Of a stretch of 64,000 bases of DNA, positions 14,231-26,331 are shown piece by piece; the stretch's first letter is position 1; each line of letters begins with the position of its first letter. The translations under genes and the position numbers were made by a program. Under the pieces are notes generated by a model. That model was not told the origin of the DNA, ran no database searches, and saw only the letters and a list, made by a program, of their open reading frames with translations. The stretch is taken from assembly GCA_043228905.1 (NCBI GenBank), contig JBHGNT010000009.1, positions 15,624,001 to 15,688,000 of the forward strand, read 5' to 3'. The stretch is from Azolla caroliniana (lineage: Eukaryota; Plantae; Polypodiophyta).

Positions 14231-14796
14231 ATCACCGGTTCGTTACACTCATAAATAGATTAAAATATTTAAACAAAGAGCCTCTCTTTTTGCAAGATGA
14301 TGGATCAATGGAAGCTAATTCGAATTGGGAAGAAGAGGTGGTCCATGAAATGGCAGTTACATCTATCCAGTTAGAAGCGGTAACGATAGAGGGGGTGAAG
14401 TTACACTGGATATTGGTCTAGAAGAGAATGTAAATGAGGAGTTGACTTTCGTGTTGAATAGAGGGGGTGAAGTTGACTCTCGTGTCGATTCCGGAATTGA
14501 ATGAAGATGATTGGTGTGCATCAATTGTTCAAATAAAGGGAAAGAGGAATTTGGATGAATTTTCTCCACTTGGCACATACCAAAGGATGTGTAGGTTAGG
14601 AGGGGGTGCATTGTCATATAGTGATACGACCGATTGATGCCACCGTGATTCCACACTTGCCTCAACTACAACCAAGCGTCACGACTTGGTTTGATGACCC
14701 AACACTCCTTGGAGATCCACCTGATTCAACTCGTTGGAATTTATTTACATTCTAGACTTAAGTTTCTTTAGTATTATTGTTTTTTGGAATTTATAT

Positions 14797-17700
14797 TGTG
14801 GGGTGCATGTGTTCCTTTGTGCCACCCTTTTAGCACACCCTTTTTAGCATGCATGTAGCTAAGACAACCCAAATGGGTACCTTTGTATCAACTATAAATG
14901 GGTGGCCCTCAATCCACAAGAGTGATTGATCTCTATCTGCCAATTCTTTGCTTGTTTTTTGTCACTAGTCCCATCCAACTAATATCTGATAAGGGCCGCC
15001 AGTTCCACGGGCATGCCCTCAACGTCGTTAGAGCTCAACTAAGTGTCCAACAAGTGTTTAAGCCCCCATACTGTCCTCAGACAAATGGCCTAACCGGATG
15101 CATAAACAAGACCCTTAAGAAGGAGATGGCCGCTTACATCGATCCATGCTACAAAACTTGGGATCAAATCTTGCCTTTCGTCACCCATGCCTACAATACA
15201 TTCGTATAGGCGTCGACACGGATCAACCCTTTTTGAGCACTCTATGTGTGTAACCCTCACCTCCCACCAGAATCGTCCATTGATGTCCATTCGAAACCTG
15301 CCAACATGGATAGTGCCACTTGGGAGCTCTATCTCCAACAGATGCTCCCCATCCTTCGACAAGCCACTGCTCCTATTCCTGCTCCTCAGTTTCTTGTTTC
15401 TCTCAGGGGGGAAATGTGGTGTGTATGTGTTCCTTTGTGCCACCCTTTTCGCATACCCTTTTTAGCTAAGCCAACCCAAATGGGTACCTTTGTATGAATT
15501 ATAAATCCAGCAAGAAGTAAGAAGCTAAGTAGGCTGGTTTTGATCTCTTATGTGCATTTCACATATTGGTGGCGATGCAGGGTACTAGTCCCCCACGTCC
15601 AAGAATCCACCTCTGCCCCCTCAACTTAGGTTGCCCACTAAATTCTTGTCCCACAAGTTTCTCCGATCCCCCTACTACATGATGGCCCTCCTGTCCCCCC
15701 CCACCTCAGCCTAGTCTAGGTGGCCCTTAGTCCACAATAGCGATTGGTCTCTATCTACCTATAGCCCTCCTATTCCCCACCTCACCCAAGTCCAGGTGGC
15801 CCTCAATCCACAAGAGTGATTGATATCTATCTACCAATTGCTAGCTTGTTTTCTGCCACTAGCCCCGTCCAACTATTATCTGATCAGCGCCGTGAGTTCC
15901 AAGGGGATGTCCTCAATGTCGTTGCAGCTCATCGAGGAGTCCAATAGGTGTTTAAGTTCCCATACCATCCTCAGACAAATGGCATCACTAGACGCCTCAA
16001 CAAGACCTTCATGAAGGAGATTGCCGCTTACATCAATCCATGCCACAAAACCTAGGATCACATCTTGCCTTTTGTCACCCACGCCTACAACACATCCGTA
16101 CAGGCATCAACACGGATCAACCCTTTTTGAGCACTCTATGGGCGTAACCCTCGCCTCCACCAGAATTGTCTATTGATGTCCATTCGAAACCTGCCAACAT
16201 GGATAGTGCCACTTGGGAGCTCTATCTCCAACAGATGCTCCCCCTCCTTCGACAGGCCACTGCTCCTATTCCTACTCCTCAGTTTCTCGTATCTCTCAGG
16301 GTGGAAATGTGGTGTGCATGTGTTCCTTTGTGCCACCCTTTTAACACACCCTTTTTTGGATGCATGTACCTAAGTCGACCCACCCTTTTAGCACACCCTT
16401 TTTAGCTAAGCCAACCCAAATGGCTACCTTTGTATCAAATATAAATTGAGCAAGAAGTACGAAGCTAAGCAGGTTGGTTTTAGGTATGCATCACTCTCGC
16501 CACCATCAATCACTCGGCCCACACTATATTGTTAGTCTCTAGTAGTAGTATCTCTTCCATTAACACCGCTTTAGTTCACCAATTATTCCTCTCGACATCC
16601 ACCGCTCCCTCCATCCAAGTCCTTTTTGGCGATCACCAACATCTATACCACTCTCGCATGCAAGCCCGTTGCACCGTCACCTTAGGCAATCTCACTTTCT
16701 CACACCAATTTTATGTCTTGCTACTCTTCCCCCTCACCTTAGGTTGCGATTGGTTCCTGAAGTGTCGCGCTATAATTGATTTCACTGCCCACTAACTTCT
16801 TGTCCGACGAACCCCCCCCCCCCCCCCCCCCCCCGATCCCCCTCCTACATGATCCCCCTCATGTCCCCCACCTCAGCCAAGTCCAGGTGGTCATCAGTCC
16901 ACAGGAGAGATTGATCTTTCCCCGATCCGCCTCCTACACGATAGCCCTCCTGTCCCTCACCTTAGCCAAGTCCAGGTGGCCCTCAACCCATAGGAGCGAT
17001 TGGTCTTTCTTCGCCAATTTATCTTTCCCTAATCTCCCTCCTACACGATAGCCCTCCTGTCCCCCACCTCAGCCAAGTCTAGGTGACCCTCAATCTATAG
17101 GAGCGAGATTGATCTTTACAAATGGCCTCACCAAATGCCTCAACAAGACCCTCAAGTAAGAGATGGACGCACGAATCAGTTCTTTTCGAGCACTCTATAA
17201 GCGTGACCCTTGCCTCCCATCAGAATAGTCCATTAATGTCCATTCCAACCCTGCCAACATGGATAGTGCCACTTGGGGGCCCTATCTCCAACAGCTCCCC
17301 CTCCTTCGACAAGCCATCTTCCTAACCTACAAGTCGCATTGTAGTGCTAGAATCACTGAGGATTCAACTCGTTCACCATAGTTCGTGCCATCAAATCCAC
17401 CACGTACTTGCTCCAACGTGATTCCAATAGTCGATTCACCTCCTCCCATGTTGCCTACATCAATCCCTATGCCACCCAAGGCCCAGCTTCTGACCCCCGT
17501 TCCTTCCCCATGTCATAAAACTCATTGTTTCTCTCAGGGGGGAAATGTGGTATGCATGTGTATCTTTGTGCCACTCTTGTAGCGCATCCTTTTTAGCATG
17601 CATGTACCTAAGCCAATCCACCCTTTTAGCACACCCTTTTTAGCATGCATGTAGCTAAGCCAACCCAAATGGGTACCTTTGTATCAACTATAAATTGAGC

Positions 17701-18397
17701 AAGAAGTACGAAGCTAAGTAATAGAGAGAAGATAGAAAGAAGAGAGAAGGAAGATATATAGATCCAAAACCACAAAGATCTATTGATAATGAATAATCAT
17801 GATGGAAGGAAGAGAGAAAGAAGATACATAAATCCAAGTCTACAAAGATATATGGATAACAACACAACCACACTACATGAATAGGCAAGAAAAACACCAC
17901 AAGAAGTAGGCTCCACTTCTTCACCACCTTAATCTTCTTGCTTTTTATGAAGTTCTCCTCTACTAGATAAGTTTCCCTTGCTTTCTTTTCCACGCTTTTT
18001 TTAGAGCTTTTCCATCTCCTATTCTTAGCTATGACAGAACGATCTTCTAATCGTCATATCTCCCTCATCCGAGATCCAAATTTAGAGATTTAAAAAGCTA
18101 TGGATAGCTCTCTTTACAAGATTTATAACCTATATTTGAAAATGATATTTGGCTTCCAAAAGAATGAGTTATGAGCGTTCGTTTAAGACTGTATTTTGGT
18201 GGCTCGCTTTTTTCTTCTTTTACTTTTCTCCACGTGTCTTGCTTTTTGTTTGACTTATCCTCAAGACCTTGATTCGTGATCTTGCCCTCTGGATGTGAGC
18301 GCACCATCCCTTATATTCTTGTAGACTTCAATACCTTAAATTATAAAAACACTTTCACACTAAGTAGACTGGTTTGATCTCTTATGTGCATTTCACA
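14797..18397 (+). mobile_element. Tandem array of non-autonomous Gypsy-derived units with four LTR starts (TRIM-like)
   Basis: LTR start TGTGG(G/T)(G/A)TG...CTTTGTGCCAC at 14797, 15415, 16308 and 17546, the last three preceded by a PPT (CTCAGGGGGGAAA-like). LTR end ...GTGCATTTCACA at 15563 and 18397. Repeated integrase remnants (PQTNG...WDQILPFVTHAYN) and a protease remnant. ATAT flanks both ends. Confidence 0.75.
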
Positions 18398-18667
18398 ATA
18401 TGCATTATTTTATTGGAACAAATTTTATATAGTTGAAACCATCTAATGTATTGCATTTGCACCATATAACACACATGTAAAAGCATCCATTTAGTATAAG
18501 AGGGAAATGATTATTGTCATGGGGGGGGGGGGGGGGGGGGGGGGGGGGATGGCAATCAAAGAGACATATATTGTAAAGGGTTTTCTTTCTTTTGGCAAAA
18601 GAGATTTTTCTTGTAGCATTCTTTCTTCTTCCGCGTTTGAGGTTTAGCTGCGTAGGGTGTTTTGTTC

Positions 18668-18767
18668 NNNNNNNNNNNNNNNNNNNNNNNNNNNNNNNNN
18701 NNNNNNNNNNNNNNNNNNNNNNNNNNNNNNNNNNNNNNNNNNNNNNNNNNNNNNNNNNNNNNNNNNN
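18668..18767. other. Assembly gap (100 N)
   Basis: Run of N. Confidence 1.
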
Positions 18768-18789
18768 AGGGCATAATTAGAAAAAAAGC

Positions 18790-18825
18790 AACACGTTCGC
18801 GTTCACAAGTGGAAGGATTGCGCAT
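18790..18825 (+). repeat. Left terminal inverted repeat
   Basis: AACACGTTCGCGTTCACAAGTGGAAGGATTGCGCAT; reverse complement at 33547-33582 with 1 mismatch. Confidence 0.92.
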
Positions 18826-19822
18826 TCCACTTGTAGAATCTTCTTAAAACGAAGCAAATACACCCTCTCTACAAAAATTGGATGCACTAGTATCACATGT
18901 TCCTCAACTTGATTAGAATTTGCAAATATAAAAATACATGATAGATCTACGAGTGGAGATCATTAGAAATCATGCAAGTTTAGACATGTTGATAAGTTAA
19001 AGTAGGCATAATAAAGTTCAACTATGGCTCAATATGTCACTACTGTGCGACAAGGGAAACAGTAACTTAAAGACTTATATTAATTAGGTAAGTTTTACAA
19101 AAATATGAGGTGCACTTGTATCCATACTAATAAAATGAGATATAATTTATACTTTGACCCATACGTGCATGTATGTAATTGTGGAAAATGTAGGATAGTG
19201 CACATTAGGATAAGTGATTGGAATAACTAACTTATTAAAGTATTCAATACTTGTATTTAAAGTTGATCTAATCTATTCCTCAGTTTGTTCATGTGGGATC
19301 AAACCATATGTGTATATAATTGTGCACAATGTAAGGCAGTGAACTTTAGGATAATGTCGTGGAAATAACAAACCTATTAGGCTTTCATACCTGTATTTAA
19401 AATTGATCTACTCTATTGCTTAGGTGATTCACACAAGATCAAACTCCGAACGATAACGCAACTGGAACCATTATCAACACACTACACAATCTAAGCAGCA
19501 ATGGAATAGAAACATAATAGTTTTAACAATAGAAGACAAAGATCCATAATAACAACATGGACAGTCATGGCAACAATTATAGGGCCATGTTCTGTTAAGG
19601 TTAGCTTGGACCAAAATCAGCCTCCATTTAAACTAGTTCATGTTTCTCCATAAGTTTGGTAGTCAGCTATGCACGCGGTGAAACCAATATCAAGTATATA
19701 AAAATAAAATTGAAACATATGGAAGATTATAAAGAATAGAATCCACTAGGTAAAACCCAAAATTTGTATTAATAATGTGAAATCTTAACAAATCATCAGT
19801 GTCATATTCTTCATAGAGTCTA

Positions 19823-22800
19823 TTACATAGCAATCAATTCATCAACGTCATTTTCTTCATCATCTTGTGTAGAACTGTCTTCGGCTATACGTGCATTGGT
19901 TTCCCCTGTTAGCCGAGCCAACGAAATATCTTCTATAAGCTCATCATCAAGCTCTATTAGCTCCCCCGGTTCGCCGGCTAACAGAGGAATAGGCTCTCGT
20001 GAAGCAGGTTGAAACCTTTCTGTATTGGCGAGGTTCTTTGCACCGACCTCCTCATCCTGGTCTGGGCACTCCAACAAAGCCTTAATCTGCATATTAATAA
20101 ATATAACTTGGTCCTCGTCCTTCTCCAATGCAACTGTATTTCTAAACAGCTTCAATGCACATGCTGACGTAGTTCCTGTGATGTAAGTAACAAGAAGATT
20201 TAGTTGTCAAACGAAAAAAAAGTGATTGGTTATCTCAAGATCGTTACCCTAGTTCGAGGAATACCTGTGCCAGAAAAGAGATCTAATATCCAATCTCCTT
20301 TGACAGAAAACATCTCGATCAAGCGCATCATAAGTCGTTGAGGTTTTTGGTATGGGTTGACAAGTCCCCGTTCTGTCGTGGTGACATGTCGCAATTTCCG
20401 AGTCACTGCTGGATATACCAACAGATTTGAACCTCCCACTTCATTAGAATGCTCTTTGATTCTCAGTTTCTTAATTTCATCGAAGTAGCCAACCATTATG
20501 TATTCAATGGCATTAACGAACCGAAAAGTTGGCCCTCTATTTACATTGGTCTTGATCCTATAAAAAATAATTCATCGAGTTAAGAATAGATTCAACAACC
20601 TTAAGAAATGCAATATAGTGAAAGACACATATAAATAATCCTTACCATGCAAGGTTCTCGATGCCATGGCAACGAGATCTCAAAGCTTGAGCTACCGAGT
20701 ACCCTTGGTCCATACTATGAAAGACAACTATTCGCCACAAGGATGCGGTCGTTAGCTCAGCAAAATCCTTGACCATCTTCTCCAATTGTTTAAACCTAAA
20801 CGGTTCATCGTCGTATGATGACCCAGCCATTCGAAATCCGTAAGGAATATCCGCAATCATTAGTGTATATTCCTTCTTTGGCACCTTCTGGATCAAGTCG
20901 ATGACATCACCGCAAACCACATTGTAGTAAAGATCTCTCGTAATATCTTTTTTGTGGCTAAAATTTTTAAACGAGCCATCTTCCTCCATTTCGTACGCCT
21001 TGACTAAGCGACGATCCTTTTCTTTTCTGGCTCGCTCGAGATGTGCAAGGAAGGATGTAGGGAAATCGTGTATATCCTTAACTTCTCCTTGTTTCTTGCC
21101 TCGACACGGTTTCTAATAGAAGCAATAGGACATCAGGTATTATTATACAAGCTCTACATATGATGAAAGGGTAATGAAAAAACATGAATACTAACCCAAT
21201 CCTTGAATGCAATAAAATACTCTGATAACGCCTTATACGAAGACGTTAGAGGATAATCCTCAGTCACTTGTTCCCAAGTTATACATCCAAGTTGTTTCAT
21301 CATAACTTCTTGGATCCTCATGTACACCTTATGACTGTAAAATTAGAAATCAAGATTAGAACTTTGAATTACACCAGATAGACTACAATTTCAGTATTTG
21401 AAAGACTTACTTATTGAACTCAGTGACCATTTCTTCAAGGCTTAAATCTTTCGCCACAACCCTTGACAAAACCGACACAAGAAGCTGCTCGTCCTTAATA
21501 CCTTGCATCGCTCTCCATAGAGACAGCTTCATGTCATCTGCCGCTTCTTCAATTGTCAAGTCAATTTTCTTGGCGGCTTGTGACTTTAACTCTAGTTGAG
21601 GGTCAACCCTACATTTCTTTTGTTGTTGACCCTTTACCTCCTTATTCTCCCACATTGAGAAGATTTGATCTTGTAGGTCCCATACTTCTCCATCTCTAAA
21701 CGCCAATTGAAACCAAGACTCATACTTTCGAAGACCATCAGACCTAACATTATCATCTACCACAATGCCGACTTCATGCAGACATTGACGTCGAAGGCCT
21801 AGATGTAACTTCACACCAAACTTTTGTTTCACATCTAAATACTCGTGGTGGAAGAACCGTATACGCTCAATGGACGACATTTTCTGCCTATAGTCATTAT
21901 CATTATTATGGTCCCATGCCAACAGCTTAGCCTCTTCGGTTGTGAGCCCAACATAAATTTTGCACTCGGCATACTTGAAGAAGAAAGTGGTTGGATGTTC
22001 TCTCACAAGTTGCCGACGTGCCTCTGCTGAATGCGATCCACCAATGACAAAATAATTATATTGATAATGCTTTCTAATATCAAAATCTTCAATGGTTTCA
22101 CATTCTTCAGGATCTATCATAACAATAAAAGGCACCACAGTGGCATGAGGATTAATTTTCATTTTTTTCTTGAGATTTTGAACATGCATGCGGTGAGGCT
22201 CTCTAATCTCAAGTGGTCTTCGACCTGTTTTTTCATCAATAGGGGGCCGATGGATGTGTGTTATAGGCAAATTAAACACTTGCCCTTTCCTGACCAGCTT
22301 CCGTTGCATTAACTCTCTCCTTATTTTATTCTGATCGGATGACAAAACACCTGAGGCCAGCTCAACTCCTGGCGTCCCCTTATTATCCTCCTCTTCGTTT
22401 TCACTTGTTGAATCCGTATCCGACATTTTGGTTGTCTTCTTCTTTGCTGGTCTTGACTGGACTTTGGATACCTTTTTTGTGGCCTTCAATGGGGAGGGCA
22501 CTTCATCTCTTAGAGTTACATGGCCTTGTATATAAGGCCTCAAGGTAACAATAAGGTTTTGTGAGCTATCAAGTGCTTTTTTGAACACTTCTGGCCCACA
22601 AGATTCCTTTACTAAAAGGTCTTCTGAAAGGAACACTTTACGTACCCCCTTGGAGCACTCTATCATTACTAGTATGTTTGCCGAATCTGCATCTTCGTAG
22701 TCAAATCGTAGAATACGGCCATACATAAATGGGGTTTCCTTTCCAAGCTGCCCCTCACCCTTCTTCTTTGCTGTATACAATACGACTTTTTTCTTTGAGT

Positions 22801-23907
22801 CGACATATTGCATACACCATTCCTTGTCTGTTAGATCTCGGTCAGGAAGGTCTTCACCTCCAGTAGCGGCGATAAGTTTCTTTTGGCTAACATCACTATG
22901 TGGCTGAGATTTTGTCTCTTCGTTAAATAGAAGCTTTTTTCCTCTCTTTATGGTCTTAGGAGCTACCTTGGTCTGGGCTTCGATTGGAGAACCTTGTATG
23001 CGAAGCTTTATTTTCTTCACGGGTCGGTCCGACAGGTTCTCAAACGACCTATTTAAGAAAGTATATGCAAAAACATAAGTTAGGTAGTCACGTAGATTAA
23101 GGTTGTATATTATAATGAAGAACAGTTCCTAGGAGCAGTCCTATATTCAAAAATCTATTATAGGCAGGGCTATTCAACCTAGAAAATATATATCGTAATA
23201 AGTAAACAGGGTTATATATTCTTTTAAATAGTAGGTATGACTTATATAGATTCTAAACCTATATTGAAGAGAATTTGCTATCGTAAAGGCAATTTGTGGA
23301 TCATTTTCTACTATTTTAAGCTAAAGTAGGTCATAAAACACCTATAATTAGAGCATGTTTTGTTTTAAAAGTAAGGAATGTCAACATAAAAAAGACTGAT
23401 TTTGCCAGACAATTTGATATCTTTTCCACCCCATAATTATTTGTTACCCCAAAAACACAAATTTTCTCTCTCAAAGCCTTCTTATATACAGGAACTCGAT
23501 ACGCCGTATCGAGTTCGTGTTTAAAACCTACACTTTAAACAAGAACTCGATACGTCGTATCGAGTTCCTGTTTAAAGTTGGAATTTTAAACAGGAACTCG
23601 ATACGCCGTATCGAGTTCGTGTTTAAAGTGTAGGTTTCAAACAGGAACTCGATACGCCGTATCGAGTTCCTGTTTAATGTGTGGGTATTAAACAGGAACT
23701 CGATACGGCGTATTGAGTTCCTGTATAAAAAGCAAAAACAAATTATGAACTCGATACGCCGTATCGAGTTCATGTATAAAGTTTGTATTGTATACATGAA
23801 CTCGATACGACGTATCGAGTTCTTGAGAAACGAAACATATTTACAAAAATGTCCACAGTGTCAAAGGCCTACCTGGAGTCCTCGCGCACGATTCTCTTTG
23901 AAGACAT
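19823..23907 (-). CDS. Spliced 974-aa ParB/Srx-like domain + beta-class N6-adenine/N4-cytosine DNA methyltransferase fusion; exons 23907-23873, 23048-21411, 21334-21196, 21112-20646, 20557-20265, 20175-19823
   Basis: Five GT-AG introns join in frame (2925 nt, no internal stop). MTase motifs in beta order: GDVIDLI, IADIPYG (motif IV), W-x-K...EY, NPYQKP..L..RLI, ILDLFSGTGTT (motif I), VALEKD. ParB-like segment: IREP...HVQNLKKKM...YFVIGGSHSAEA...LLAWDHN. Confidence 0.88.
23492..23822. repeat. Seven 25-bp palindromes GAACTCGATACG-N-CGTATCGAGTTC at an exact 51-bp period, inside intron 1 of the MTase gene
   Basis: Copies start at 23492, 23543, 23594, 23645, 23696, 23747 and 23798. The 26-bp AT-rich spacers differ from one another. 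Confidence 0.97.
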
Positions 23908-24050
23908 CGTTGATCGTGTGGAAGTGGAGGCGGAGATCGCGCTTTCGTGCTTTGTGCTTTGTGTGCTTTGTGTGCTTTGTGTGCTCTCTACGTTCTGTGT
24001 GCTCTGTACGCTCTGTACGCTCTGGTGAGTGAAATATGACGAGGTCTTCC

Positions 24051-24058
24051 TATTTATA
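24051..24058 (-). promoter_or_regulatory. TATA box (TATAAATA) of the ParB-MTase gene
   Basis: About 150 bp upstream of the predicted ATG at 23907, followed by a simple-repeat 5' UTR. Confidence 0.6.
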
Positions 24059-25981
24059 GGGATTGAACACATTGGTTAAAGTAACCATAGTCACCTTAAC
24101 CAAGGTTGGTAACTTTGAGGATAGTTAGTTGGTAACCATAGTCACATTAACTAGAGTAACTTATGATTGTATTAATGATTACAAAGTCAAACTAACATAT
24201 TGATCAATCTTTTATAGTCATAACAACCTACAATGACTTCAAAGGTTATGAAGGAGACAATGATAGAGGTTCATGAATGTACCAATGATTGATTACTAAA
24301 AGCAACAAATTTTATGACTCTCAAATGCTATGTATTAAAGATGTTGGCATGAATTAACCAATGATTGATAAGTCTAATATTTAAAATGGTGAGCATTAAA
24401 GAACCAATGATTGAGACGTTCTATATCAAAATGGGTGCCATTAATTAGCCAATGATTTTAACATTAATCCAACATATTCATGGCTTGTTAATGATTAGTT
24501 TTATATTTTACTTGATTTAACTTCATATAGATCTAGTTTATATAATAATTGATATTTTAAGTACAATTACTTTATTAAAAATAATTTTTTGATGTATTGT
24601 ATTAATAGAATATTACATAATATAGACATTCTATTGATTTGGCTTTTGTTTAGAGAGAAGTTTATGTTTAGAGAGGAGTATATGTTTAGAGAGGAGCTTA
24701 TTAGTTTTTTTCCTTACCCTAAGCACATAACTTAGAGAGCCCTATCTAGACCTTAAGCCATGAGTGAAGATTCACCGTTCTCGATTGAAGAATATTGTTT
24801 GTCATCAGACCCATCGTTTTCTACTGAAGAGTATTGTTTGTCAACAGAGTCACCATATTCGATTGAAGAATATTGTCTGTCGACCGACTCACCATATTCT
24901 ATCGAAGAATATTGTCTGAGCTCATCTACAGGGAATGTAAATAATGACACATGTGAAGAGTTCTCTATTGAAGAATACGATATTAATAAAGATACCGAGA
25001 ATGAAGGAAGTGCCCAGGAAACATTGAATAACATTGGCGATGGTCACAACAGAGAATTAGACTGTAACAAGGTTACACCAACCTCTATGCAGGAAGAGAA
25101 ATCTGGGAGCCCTATGCATATTAGAAGAATCCCACGAAGAATTCGTCTGGCTAGATTTAGCTTGGTGACATCAGATAAACAGATTGGATTTGATGTCAAC
25201 AAAATATGTTGTGCCCGTGGTTGTATGCCTATGATTGGAAAATCAAAGTTGCGAGAATTAAGGCGATACTATTTTTCGATGACCAGTGATGAGCAAGACA
25301 CTTACCTCGGGTCACATATGCAACTAGTATCTGACAAATGTACGGGGATCAAAGTATCATTCGAGTATTATATCTTCCATGCGCAACAGATATGTAGAGT
25401 TGCATTCAAAATTGTGTTATGTGTTAGTAACATGCGGCTACATAGAGTACAACAACGTCTACTTAGCGGGGATCAGATGCTCAATTGTAAAGAGGTTCCA
25501 AGTATGAAAGGTGCAATTGGAAGACTAGCTATTGGCTGGATGAAAACTTACTTTCAGTTAAATTGTGAAGTAATGCCCACTACAGGTAGGATGCATCTTT
25601 TTGATAATTATACACGTCGGGAAGTTTATGATGTCTATCGATCTGATATGCTGGGCTCACGTAATAAGTCTATCACCTATAGCCAATTCACAAGATTATG
25701 GAGAGCTCGGTTTTCAAATGTTATTATTCCTCGTAAAGTACGTATGGGGTATTGCTCCATTTGTGCAAATCTTAAAAGTTTGGCTAAAGGTGCAAAGACA
25801 TCAATGGAAAAGGATACGAGTAAGAAGTTACTACAAGAGCATCGTGAGGCACAATCCTTAGAACGAAGGAAGGCGATGCATCTTAGAGAGAAGTGTTTGA
25901 AGAGGCCTGTCAGGAACTCTATTAAGGCAGAGAAGGAATTAGTACTATGAGAGGTGTCGAACTTTGAGAGAAGGAATGAGT

Positions 25982-26049
<68 letters not shown>

Positions 26050-26331
26050 TGATGCGAAAGATATATGTATTATATGACGGAAGATATACAACAGTAGTTA
26101 GAAGGCTTAAGACTGGCGTTGAACCGATTTGGTTCGAACTAATGCCTTGCGCCTCCTTTTATAGTGTCTTCAGGAATACTCCTGAAGTTTCTAGAATGTT
26201 CCAGAGAAATCTGGAATATACATCAATTTCCTAATAAAACCTAAATGAAAATAATATCCTTCAAATTACAACTCATAACCTAATGGTAAAGTCTCGACCC
26301 GTGTAACAAAAGGTTATGGGTTCGAGTCTAG

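Noticed and set aside
18520-18548. Poly-G tract (also poly-C at ~16812-16835) as a G-quadruplex element
   Set aside because: Homopolymers in low-quality sequence near a gap; length unreliable and no supporting context.
23492-23822. CRISPR array
   Set aside because: Repeat-spacer look, but the context is a eukaryotic intron, there are no cas genes, and the spacers are related to each other and self-complementary with only ~8-10 freely varying bases.
18790-23822. Sequence relationship between the TIR (GTTCGCGTT) and the array flank (GTTCGTGTT)
   Set aside because: Too short and present in only two units; could be chance.
19823-23907. Bacterial contamination as the source of the MTase
   Set aside because: The gene has five in-phase GT-AG introns and sits inside a TIR element that is itself interrupted by a plant LTR retrotransposon.
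23528-24032. ORFs with NSIRRIEF repeats on both strands
   Set aside because: By-products of a 51-bp (17-codon) palindromic repeat lying in a predicted intron.
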